NCBI GenBank assembly: GCA_964354495.1
Contig: CAYHAA010000001.1
Span: 218,075 to 250,074 of the forward strand
Source: an uncultured archaeon
GTDB taxonomy: Archaea; Asgardarchaeota; Thorarchaeia; Thorarchaeales; Thorarchaeaceae
DNA: 32,000 nt
Direction: 5' to 3'
The position numbers and the translations under genes are program-made. Of this stretch, positions 7,944-16,271 are shown piece by piece (position 1 is the stretch's first letter; every line of letters begins with the position of its first letter). The notes beneath the pieces were generated by a model. It had not been told where the DNA came from. It was given only the letters and a program-made list of their open reading frames with translations, and searched no databases.

Positions 7944-8564
7944 TTAACTCTTGCTCTTGGCACGTTTCCTTTTCGCCGGTTTTGCAGGTGATGCATACAG
8001 ACTGCCCTTGTAGGCTGTTGTGCTTGGACATCCCACGCACTTTTCTGTTGTGTATCTCCCACAGTTCTTGCAGTCCATCGTGCAAGGCGCTCCTGTATCA
8101 CCAGTTGACTCAGGACTCAGATTCAGCTTCAGATACTCGGGCATAAGAGGAGCATTGCCAAACCAGCTCTCAGATTTTCGGACTCCCGGTTCTGTCCTCA
8201 TACTGCAGGCTCCAATGATGGACTCAAGATTCCACGTGTCTTCAGCAACCATCACAGCAAAGACGTTGTAACGCCCAGTGACTGGAGCAAACATGACAAG
8301 TCTGGGACACTTCTCATACTTCCTCTGAATCCTCTCAGCAACTTCCAAGGTCTCTGTTTCGAAACCCAGGAACAAGAGCTTAGTGTCAAGGTATTTAGAG
8401 TTGACTTCAGCTGTCAATTTCACCTTCTTAGTCTTGAGTAATTTGTCAAGACGTTTGCTCACAGCAACGTGCGACATTCCCAGCTGCTTGCCTATTTCTG
8501 ATAGAGTCGTTCTTCCGTTCCCCTGGAGAATCGACACCAATCTCTTGTCAATATCGTCCATCAT
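7944..8564 (-). CDS. Lrp/AsnC transcriptional regulator with C-terminal cysteine cluster
   Basis: N-terminal HTH MDDIDKRLVSILQGNGRTTLSEIGKQLGMSHVAVSKRL, RAM-like domain (VTGRYNV), tail C-x3-C-x2-C-x7-C-x2-C. Confidence 0.88.
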   Translation of the reverse strand: MMDDIDKRLVSILQGNGRTTLSEIGKQLGMSHVAVSKRLDKLLKTKKVKLTAEVNSKYLDTKLLFLGFETETLEVAERIQRKYEKCPRLVMFAPVTGRYNVFAVMVAEDTWNLESIIGACSMRTEPGVRKSESWFGNAPLMPEYLKLNLSPESTGDTGAPCTMDCKNCGRYTTEKCVGCPSTTAYKGSLYASPAKPAKRKRAKSKS

Positions 8565-8657
8565 TGCACCACTCCGACCATTCTAGGGACATGTTTACCT
8601 TGTGAAACTGCAAACGTCGGATAAGTTAAGGAACTATATGAATGATACGGAAAGCGA

Positions 8658-9281
8658 CTACACAAGCTCTGCCTTGCTCCAGTCATTCTTGTAGATGTGC
8701 GCGTTGACTGAGAGTGTTGTGACCGTACCTGATACGAGATTAGTCTTCTCTGAAACGTATGTTAGCAGTTCGCCTAGTGCGTACACATTTGCTGGCCAGG
8801 CACCATACATGTCATTCGACCTTATCATCACGGATAGGTCGACGGAGTTCTCCCGCGTCATGAAGACAAAGTGATTCAAACAGGGTACTTCATCGACGTG
8901 TGTGTCCTTTCTGGGATCCCAAGTGGTTGCCACGGCCCGTCTTGAATTCGGGTTCTCTTTTAGCTTCGTGATGACATACTCTATCTGATTGATTGCTTCA
9001 TCACCCCATGCATTGAGTCGCTCGCCATAGGTATAGTCAAAGTTCATTCGGTCTGGATTGAGCAGCTGAGTCGCATACTTCTCACGGAGAACCGTTTCAC
9101 TGAATGGATACTTATCGCTCACCCTGTCTGAATAGGGGTCGCTGATATGAATCATCACGTTGTCATGCCATCGTGTCTTGCTACCTCTCTCGTCGATACG
9201 GGTCATTCCGCTCTCCATAATCTTTCTAACGACCCTGATCCACCCCTCTTCGGGAGTCCGTGCTTTCAGATACATCGGCAT
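8658..9281 (-). CDS. thyA: Thymidylate synthase (archaeal ThyA type)
   Basis: NSRRA, catalytic VPCL, RSNDMYGAWPAN, NAHIY motifs. Confidence 0.93.
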   Translation of the reverse strand: MPMYLKARTPEEGWIRVVRKIMESGMTRIDERGSKTRWHDNVMIHISDPYSDRVSDKYPFSETVLREKYATQLLNPDRMNFDYTYGERLNAWGDEAINQIEYVITKLKENPNSRRAVATTWDPRKDTHVDEVPCLNHFVFMTRENSVDLSVMIRSNDMYGAWPANVYALGELLTYVSEKTNLVSGTVTTLSVNAHIYKNDWSKAELV

Positions 9282-9403
9282 CCAAATATCACCAGACCTG
9301 TTCTCGCGTGATGCGAATCCTCTCGCCTATTCTAGGTTTTGCATGTTAAGTTTTGGTTCCTTGGAATGAAAAATCAGCAATCACGTTTAGCGCCAAATAG
9401 ACG

Positions 9404-9437
9404 ACATGACTGTATCATGTGTTGGTATAGTTTACCA
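9404..9437. promoter_or_regulatory. Two adjacent palindromes with 5-nt spacers, candidate operator sites
   Basis: ACATGA-CTGTA-TCATGT (9404-9420) and TGGTA-TAGTT-TACCA (9423-9437) in the thyA/nrdH divergent intergenic region. Confidence 0.35.
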
Positions 9438-9537
9438 GATACTTGTTGTGTGGGGTGGGTTCGGAATAGTACAAGGTGTCACCAATCGAGAAATATTCCA
9501 CTCTAATTCTGTACGACCTTAAAAGGGTCACAAAACC

Positions 9538-9543
9538 TATAAA
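9538..9543 (+). promoter_or_regulatory. Putative TATA box (TATAAA) for the nrdH-nrdD operon
   Basis: TATAAA preceded by an A-rich BRE-like stretch; would give a leader of about 140 nt. Confidence 0.4.
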
Positions 9544-9706
9544 GTATGAGGACAATGAATGAATCCTCTCCTCCCCCCGATGCCCTAGAGCTTGAGCAGA
9601 AGCCTATTTGCCGTTTGGCAATGCTTTTATTCCACACCACGCAACGACTAGTTTGCCCCTTCCCGCCGGGAAGGAGTGGCCAATTCATGCGCCGGGAGGA
9701 TTAGCT

Positions 9707-9988
9707 TTGAAGCCGATTCTATATCTATTCACGCAGGATGGGTGCGCCAACTGTCCTGCAGCGAAGGCAGTGGTCAACGAGGCTTTCGAAGGATCCGATG
9801 TTCAGGTAAGGACAATGGACCTCAGAGAGATGGACTCCGACCTTGAGTACATACTGTTGGAGCATCAGATCTTCGTAGCTAGTACACCGGCAATCATTGT
9901 CGCAAACAATGGCAGCATGAAGATGCTCTACAGCGGAAAAATACCAGATGTTGAGACTATCAGAAGGGAGGTCCGTGAGTTCAGATGA
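9707..9988 (+). CDS. NrdH/glutaredoxin-like redoxin (CANC)
   Basis: TTG start at 9707 behind GGGAGG. LYLFTQDGCANCPAAK, STPAIIV. Overlaps nrdD start by 4 nt (ATGA). Confidence 0.85.
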   Translation: MKPILYLFTQDGCANCPAAKAVVNEAFEGSDVQVRTMDLREMDSDLEYILLEHQIFVASTPAIIVANNGSMKMLYSGKIPDVETIRREVREFR

Positions 9989-12126
9989 CGGATATTCGTA
10001 GTGCCGTCTCTGATGCCGAGGATCTCCAAGATAGAGAGAAGAAGATGCCAAAGGTCAGAACAACAAGTAGCACTATGGAGACCTTTGATGCCAACAGAAT
10101 CATAGATAGTCTCGTGCTAGAGGCACGTCTCACACATGCTGATGCGCATCTCGTCGCAGTCAAAGTCATGGATCGACTTGTAGCCTCAGGCATTAAGTTC
10201 CTATCTGGCCCTCTTATTCGTGAGATGTGTAACAGTATTCTTGCAGAGTTGGGGTTTGAGAAGCAGCGTATCCTCTACACTCGAGTCGGAATTCCAATGT
10301 ATGATCTTAACATGCTCATCAACAATCCAGGGGATCATACATACAACGCTAATCTCATGCGAAACCCTGAGACGATTGCCAAGCTCGTTCATGACCAGGT
10401 CATGGAACAGCACACCTACCTATCAATACCCTCTCACCTTGCTGATGCCCACCTGAAAGGTGACATCTACATCAAGGATAGAGAGTACTTCTCGACCCGT
10501 GATTATTGTGCCACATGGGACTTGCGCCAGGTTCTGAAGCTCGGTATCGCGCCTGATGGTCTGGGCGGAATGCACTCGAGCGCTGCGGGTCCTGCAGAGC
10601 ACCTCTCAGTTGCAGTTAATCATGCTGCCATCTGGTTAGCTGCCGCTCAGAGTTCCTTTGCTGGTGGTCAGGGATTCTTCTACTTCAACACATTTCTTGC
10701 TCCCTTCATGAAGGGACAACCCTACAAGGCAATTAAACAGGCAGCTCAACAGCTGATATTCACGCTCACCCAGCAATACGTTGCTCGCGGTGGGCAGGTC
10801 ATCTTCTCAAGCGTCGACCTCACTCCTGGTATCCCAAAGATCATGCGCAATATCCCGGCAGTCCTGCCGGGCGGCAAAATGACTGAGGCGACCTACGGCG
10901 ATTTTGAGGATGAGGCACGTTTATTCTTCAATGCCTTCATGGAAGTCATGATCAAAGGTGATGCAAAGGGCAAGGGGTTTGGTTTTCCAAAGCCCAACAT
11001 CGTCCTCCGGCAGGAGTTCATGGGTCCTGAGTACGATGAGTCATGGCGACTTGTCGCAGAGCTCACCGCCAAGCATGGTTCTCCCTATTTTGAGAACTAT
11101 CTCAACTGGCGCTCAAAGATCGAGGCTGGATGCAGCAGTTGCTGCTCGCACCTATGGACCGCAAGTACTCCAGAGGAGCTTGAGGAGTTCCTGAGTGGCA
11201 ACATGGTATTCGGAGCATCTCAGATGGTCACGCCCAACTTTGGCCGTGCAGCATGGCTTGGTAGAACAGATGAGGCCCACTTCTTCGAGAAGATCGATGA
11301 GTACGCTGAGTTGTCAAAGCAGGTCATCCTTGAGAAGAAGAGACTCATGGACAAGCTCATCGTCAGCGGCAGTGTTCCCTTCTACACTCAGCCTAAGCCT
11401 AATGGTGAACCGCTCATTGATATGAACAAACGAGAGTTCCTGCTCGGCACCGTGGGCTTCGATGAGATGGCTGAGATCATGACCGGTCAGCATCTTCACG
11501 AATCAGAGGGTACCCGTTTCGGAATCAAGGTCCTCAAGCATCTGAAGGCAAAGGCTGCCGAGTTCCAGAAAGAGACCGGTCTACACTTTGCTGTCACACG
11601 TACACCTGCTGAGACCGCGGCTGGCAGACTCGCTGCGAAGGACTACAAGGCTTACCCTGGCATTCGGAAATATCTCAAGGGCAACACTCCAAATGTCTAC
11701 TACACGAACAGCACCACGCTCTATGTTGGCGCTGACATTCCTCTGACCCAACGCATCAAGAAGGAAGGCATGTTCCATCCGTTCATGGACGGAGGTGCTC
11801 TGACTCATGTCTACCTTGGTGAAGCGAACCCTGACCCTGATGCTCTCTGGGAACTGACAAAGAAGATCGCGACAGAAACGTTGAACGCATACTGGAGCTT
11901 CACAAAAGACATCCTAATTTGCCCGTCGTGCAGCTATCAGACTGGAATTGACTGGCGCAGTGCAAGGTTTGCATCCATCGAAGACCTCACGCGAATCCTG
12001 TGTCCCAAGTGCGGGTATGTGGGGGTGGAGGTCTTTAGTCGCATAACAGGTTATTTACAGAGCGTTGGCAGCTTCAATCCTGCGAAGAAGCAGGAGTTCT
12101 TGGATAGGCATAGATACACGCTCTAA
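9985..12126 (+). CDS. nrdD: Class III (anaerobic) ribonucleoside-triphosphate reductase with N-terminal ATP cone
   Basis: ATP cone (GPLIREMCNSIL), HLKGDIYIKD, YCAT, finger loop SCCSH, C-terminal CPSC/CPKC Zn site and glycyl-radical motif SRITGYL. Confidence 0.96.
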   Translation: MTDIRSAVSDAEDLQDREKKMPKVRTTSSTMETFDANRIIDSLVLEARLTHADAHLVAVKVMDRLVASGIKFLSGPLIREMCNSILAELGFEKQRILYTRVGIPMYDLNMLINNPGDHTYNANLMRNPETIAKLVHDQVMEQHTYLSIPSHLADAHLKGDIYIKDREYFSTRDYCATWDLRQVLKLGIAPDGLGGMHSSAAGPAEHLSVAVNHAAIWLAAAQSSFAGGQGFFYFNTFLAPFMKGQPYKAIKQAAQQLIFTLTQQYVARGGQVIFSSVDLTPGIPKIMRNIPAVLPGGKMTEATYGDFEDEARLFFNAFMEVMIKGDAKGKGFGFPKPNIVLRQEFMGPEYDESWRLVAELTAKHGSPYFENYLNWRSKIEAGCSSCCSHLWTASTPEELEEFLSGNMVFGASQMVTPNFGRAAWLGRTDEAHFFEKIDEYAELSKQVILEKKRLMDKLIVSGSVPFYTQPKPNGEPLIDMNKREFLLGTVGFDEMAEIMTGQHLHESEGTRFGIKVLKHLKAKAAEFQKETGLHFAVTRTPAETAAGRLAAKDYKAYPGIRKYLKGNTPNVYYTNSTTLYVGADIPLTQRIKKEGMFHPFMDGGALTHVYLGEANPDPDALWELTKKIATETLNAYWSFTKDILICPSCSYQTGIDWRSARFASIEDLTRILCPKCGYVGVEVFSRITGYLQSVGSFNPAKKQEFLDRHRYTL

Positions 12127-12153
12127 TCCATGTCTATTCATGGTCTCCTTGTT

Positions 12154-12220
12154 GAGTCTGCCTGCTAGGCGGATTCTCTAACCTGTCAAGTCTGGCATTC
12201 TCCCCTCTGCCATTGACAGG
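12154..12220 (+). terminator. Two tandem hairpins downstream of nrdD (possible terminator or stabilising structure)
   Basis: GAGTCTGCCT-GCT-AGGCGGATTC (12154-12176) and CCTGTCAA..TGGCA-loop-TGCCA-TTGACAGG (12182-12220), followed by a pyrimidine-rich tract. Confidence 0.4.
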
Positions 12221-12284
12221 CCACTTCTCTTCCTAACGGAACCAAGATTTTTATCGATTCGCGTGGAGAACAACCTGAGGGTCT

Positions 12285-12794
12285 GTGGTGGCCGAAAAGA
12301 AAGACCAACATCGAATACACATTATTCTGGATGACACGAAGGTCAATCGATGCAAGTGGTGTGGCTCACCACAGAGTGATGACTGGATTTCGAGTAAGGA
12401 CGGAGCATTTTGCTCTAAGAATTGTGCAAGAGCCGCATATTCAGAAGACTCGTGGCGTTTTGGAATATGCCTCGTCGGGCTTCCCTTTTTCATGCTACTT
12501 GCGCTAGTCAGTCAGAATCCACTTTGGCCTCTCTATATATTCATGTTCCCCTTAATCCTGATCTATTACGCTTGGCTTTTCTGTTCAGGTCGAAATCATG
12601 CAAAAGGCACTCCTAAAGGATCTAGAAGAAATACTGGTCTATCGGCGGCATCGCTCCTACGGAGAGTTTCGGCTCCTATTGAATGTCCCAACTGTGATGC
12701 CAAGATCGATCTGAAGAATGTCGGTGAGGACATGATCTACCACTGCCAGTATTGTGGAGCCAGCGGTGTTGTGGATATCGATATCATTCCCTAA
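12285..12794 (+). CDS. Hypothetical membrane protein with N- and C-terminal Zn-binding motifs
   Basis: CKWC...CSKNC, two hydrophobic helices, then CPNC...CQYC. Confidence 0.75.
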   Translation: MVAEKKDQHRIHIILDDTKVNRCKWCGSPQSDDWISSKDGAFCSKNCARAAYSEDSWRFGICLVGLPFFMLLALVSQNPLWPLYIFMFPLILIYYAWLFCSGRNHAKGTPKGSRRNTGLSAASLLRRVSAPIECPNCDAKIDLKNVGEDMIYHCQYCGASGVVDIDIIP

Positions 12795-12902
12795 TCCACA
12801 TGTCATCTTCTGCTATAAGCCGAGTATTCGAATGTCCTTCTCCCTTACTCCACCAAGTAACAGGAGTTCCTAGACAGGCACAGGTACACACTGTAGGTTT
12901 TT

Positions 12903-13718
12903 TCAAGGGTGCCCTTCAACTGTTTTTCTGTAGAGCTTGTCGAAATCATCTCCCATCATGGCTTCAACATACCAAGTGACACCACAAGCTTTGGATTCAT
13001 CGATCCATGAGTCTTTTTCGGCATCACCAGTAGATACCCCCATTATCACTATGTCAAAGTCCTTCATGGATTTTCGATGCTTCTTGACATAGTCTGCAAC
13101 ATTGGAGTAATCCTCTAGTGACATGTCTTCAGTCATACTCAGCGGAAACACACCATCGTATCTTGCAGCTCTTCGGAATGGAGCTCTTATTGGCCAGGTA
13201 CCTGCACACCATATTGGCACCCGTGGTCGCTGAATGGGGCGAGGTTTGAATGTGACCTCATCAATTTTGTAGTGTTTCCCAGAGTATGAAAATGGTTTAC
13301 CAGACCAAAGCCCCTCTAGAATTGCTAAAGACTCATCTAGTTTCTCAGCTCTTACTCTGAGATCAGTATCTTCTCCGAAAATTCCATAATCGTTATCAGA
13401 AGAACCCCCTAATCCAACACCTAGGATGAACCTCCCCTTAGAGAGAATATCTAAAGTAGTGACCTCCCTTGCCACATTCTGTGGGCGTCGTCTTGGTAGA
13501 GGAGTCACTGTTGTACCAATTCGAATCTTTTCAGTGCGTGCTGCTATGGCTGCAAGTGTGATCCATGGGTCTGCAATCAATTCATCCTTTCCCGCATAGT
13601 TGTGGTCCCACATAAAGAAACCATCCCACTTTGCATCTTCAGCAGCAACTGCTAATTCAAGGAATTTACTGGGATCTCCTTGAAGTGCGAAGTTAGAGAT
13701 ATAGACTCCATACTTCAT
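12903..13718 (-). CDS. LLM-class (luciferase-like) flavin-dependent oxidoreductase
   Basis: WDGFFMWDH, DPWITLAAIAARTEKIRIGTTVTPLPRRRP, LSKGRFILGVGLG, RAARYDG. Confidence 0.92.
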   Translation of the reverse strand: MKYGVYISNFALQGDPSKFLELAVAAEDAKWDGFFMWDHNYAGKDELIADPWITLAAIAARTEKIRIGTTVTPLPRRRPQNVAREVTTLDILSKGRFILGVGLGGSSDNDYGIFGEDTDLRVRAEKLDESLAILEGLWSGKPFSYSGKHYKIDEVTFKPRPIQRPRVPIWCAGTWPIRAPFRRAARYDGVFPLSMTEDMSLEDYSNVADYVKKHRKSMKDFDIVIMGVSTGDAEKDSWIDESKACGVTWYVEAMMGDDFDKLYRKTVEGHP

Positions 13719-13814
13719 TGTAGTACACAGATTAGTGAGCGGAGTAATCTAGTTATATTGCTGTCTCTCGCTTCCTCTGAGTGTTAGACTATACCCCTTT
13801 CATGAATCATCTAT

Positions 13815-14293
13815 CTACAACCGTTGAGTACATTCAACTCTGCAAGGAAGTAGGAGTCCATCGACAGACACAGGTACTCCCTCTGATGAACCGAGCTGTG
13901 TCAACAGTGTCTTGATCACTGCCTCATTCGACTTGAATACTCCTAATCAGGGATCACAAACATGACCAGTACGTAGAGGATTAGAGGAAGGGAGAACATG
14001 AATCCAACAACCAAGAGCAGACCCAAGGGTCTTCTCGCCTCGGACATAATGTTACTGAGCCAGAAGGTGAGTGCCATCACCCCGATCGCGATGATGAATA
14101 GAACTTAGTAGATTCTCGGCGGAAGAGTAATGCGACCTTCACTCTATGAGGCATAATAGCACGCTGCAGATGCGGATACAACCAGAATGACAACCGCAAA
14201 GCCATACAGAATCGGCAGGAACTGCATCAGTGCCACCGCGACGAAGCCAAGAACAAAGAGCATGGGAAGTATGTTCTCTCTCCAATTCGTCAT
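13815..14293 (-). pseudogene. Decayed multi-TM membrane protein gene
   Basis: ATG 14293 opens a hydrophobic frame (MTNWRENILPMLFVLGF...) interrupted by in-frame TAG (14144-14146) and TAA (14105-14107). Hydrophobic coding continues to TAG 13943-13945; a shifted frame (GVFKSNEAVIKTLLTQLG...) runs to 13815. Confidence 0.6.
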
Positions 14294-14513
14294 GATTGTT
14301 TGTTGTCCCCTCAGTACATTATCGACTGATTCACACGCACATATGAATCATGCGAGAGAAACCGGTCATCTGGGAGTGGTCAAAGTCACAGAACGTCTCT
14401 CGAACACCCGAGTTGGACAGGTCTGAGGACTGGACAGGGTATGGTGAGTTTTATGAGCGTCCTCGTGTATGCGGAGATGTATCTGTGCGTGCTATTGCGT
14501 GAGAGGAATACGG

Positions 14514-15521
14514 ATGCAGAACGGGGCAGCTGAGCCATCTATGGCAGAAAAGACACCGAATAATCTAATGATACGATGGATGAAGCGAATCTTACTACTG
14601 ATTGTCATCTTCTTCATCCCTTACGGAATCTATGGCCATCTCTTGCCAGAGCTGGATATCTGGTCTGGTGGGTCTGTGGTCTGGAGTTACTATGGTGAGA
14701 TGTCGTCCAGCCCGGAGAAGGGGTTCTTCCTTTTCGACCATCCATTCGTAGTAATAGGCACGTTGATTCTCTGTCTTCCCGGTTTGGTATTCCTGCATTT
14801 CCTTGACAGATGGCCAGCGGGCAAATCGGCGATACGCAATGGCTTGTCAACGGTCGTCGTGACAGTCCTGCTTGAGCAATCACTGGCCGCTATCTATGCC
14901 TTTCTGGGCGGCCCTCCGTGGATGCCCTTCTTTACTTCCTTCTCATCAGCCCTCCCTATTCTCGCCTTCGTTATCGCACCTCTCATATGGTGGGAAACCA
15001 GTCGCATATCAGACGAAGTGGCCTTGCACCGAAGTGATCCTGTTGGCGTTGGACGTACACACAAAAAAGAACTCGAGCCGCGCCGCGTTGGGAGGGTTAT
15101 GTTCGCTCTAGCGCTTCTGGCGCCTCAACAAGTGAGCGGTATACTAGGTTTCTCAGGAATAACCTCGAGCTTTGGCCTGACCATCTATGATGGTACGGTC
15201 TGGTTCTATATCTATCCCTTTGAATGGGTGCTCGGGCTTTCGCTCATCTATGGACTTGGGCTTGTCTTTGCACACAGAGTGTGGCTCTGTTCGATGCGGC
15301 TCGCAGGCAAAGGAACGACTGTCGTGGTTGGCATCCTCAGTCTGCTGGCGGCGTTCTACTTCTCCTACATCACGACCCCGATAGATGGCTTCGGCGTTCC
15401 GCCACCTCTTCCGCTTCTCTTTCTGACGGGACTGTTCTTTGTTCTTCAATCTGGGAGAATGGTCCTTTCAGGCCGCAGCAATCCTGTTGGACACGTCCTC
15501 GAACCGGGTCATGAAATCTAG
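14514..15521 (+). CDS. Hypothetical polytopic membrane protein, possible internal duplication
   Basis: About 8 hydrophobic segments. ATG 14514 follows GAGAGGA; ORF track starts at 14469. Confidence 0.75.
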   Translation: MQNGAAEPSMAEKTPNNLMIRWMKRILLLIVIFFIPYGIYGHLLPELDIWSGGSVVWSYYGEMSSSPEKGFFLFDHPFVVIGTLILCLPGLVFLHFLDRWPAGKSAIRNGLSTVVVTVLLEQSLAAIYAFLGGPPWMPFFTSFSSALPILAFVIAPLIWWETSRISDEVALHRSDPVGVGRTHKKELEPRRVGRVMFALALLAPQQVSGILGFSGITSSFGLTIYDGTVWFYIYPFEWVLGLSLIYGLGLVFAHRVWLCSMRLAGKGTTVVVGILSLLAAFYFSYITTPIDGFGVPPPLPLLFLTGLFFVLQSGRMVLSGRSNPVGHVLEPGHEI

Positions 15522-15562
15522 CCCGCAAATCGTACAGCCTAGGAATGCGATTGCGTACGGGG

Positions 15563-16077
15563 TTAGTTCTCTGTGAGAAAGGAGATTATCGTCATCATAC
15601 GAAAGGCCCTGCCAAGAAACAGGAGTTCATCGACAGGCACCGTTACGACTTGCACTGATCGTCTGTTGTGTTTCCTCGGCTTTGGCCCGCCGCCACCTTT
15701 CCTCCGTTAATGCCTCCGATGTGCGAGATTCTGCCTCTGTATACAATGGAGTCTATCCTAGGAACCCACGAACGATTTCCTCGTAGGCTCTCGAGGTCAA
15801 CGCAAGGGTTTCAAGGGGAACTCGTTCGTTCATCCCGTGAGCGAGATTAATCAGCTCACTCATCTTTAGGGTTCTATCGAATAGACTGAAACCATACGCC
15901 TGCGTGTTCCATTTCTGACGGAAGAACCTGCAGTCCGTCACACCAGCCCTCTAGCCACAAGGTCCTGTCTTTCCCTCTTATCTCAGCAAAGAGCTCGCTC
16001 GGTCTAGGTACGTCAGGAACGAGCTCAGCAACAAGAGCCAGTATGTCATCACGAGTGGGAGGCTTTTGACTTCTCAT
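15563..16077 (-). pseudogene. Frameshifted remnant of an unknown soluble protein gene
   Basis: Protein-like segments in successive frames: MRSQKPPTRDDILALVAEL...LEGWC, then VTDCRFFRQKWNTQAYGFSLF...RGFLG*, then SVQVVTVPVDELLFLGRAF...TEN* (TAA 15563-15565). Confidence 0.4.
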
Positions 16078-16271
16078 AGTCAGACCATATCGGATGACCA
16101 ATATTAAAACGCTGTTCGAAGCAAGTATGATTCAGACCACACTGTCAGGATGGTTCCTTGACTTGAAAGACTAGTGTGATGTTCGCTCCTTGAAAAGAGC
16201 AGGAACTGGCAGTCAAGTCACCACTTGCACAGAGCTTAAAACCCTGTACTTCATAGACTGCCTGGGGAATA

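Noticed and set aside
7910-8101. 64-aa N-terminal extension of the acetyltransferase in the ORF track
   Set aside because: Overlaps the lrp C-terminus on the same strand; family similarity starts at MTGVFVHP (7909).
9400-9480. NrdR boxes
   Set aside because: No convincing match to acaCwAtATaTwGtg, and no nrdR in the window.
9560-9700. Cobalamin riboswitch ahead of nrdD (GGGAAGG seen)
   Set aside because: Core B12-box elements (GGGAA..GGTG.AA.TCC, GCCACTG, AGCCAG.AGACC) were not found; kept only as an unclassified structured leader.
9608-9706. Upstream ATG extension of the redoxin
   Set aside because: No thioredoxin-like character; a strong GGGAGG precedes TTG 9707.
12154-12220. SECIS element / selenoprotein
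   Set aside because: No AUGA/GA core was seen, and the redox genes here use Cys codons with no in-frame TGA at catalytic sites.
14105-14146. Stop-codon reassignment (TAG/TAA to Gln) or pyrrolysine readthrough
   Set aside because: TAG and TAA end many well-formed genes in this window, and a nearby frameshift points to decay.
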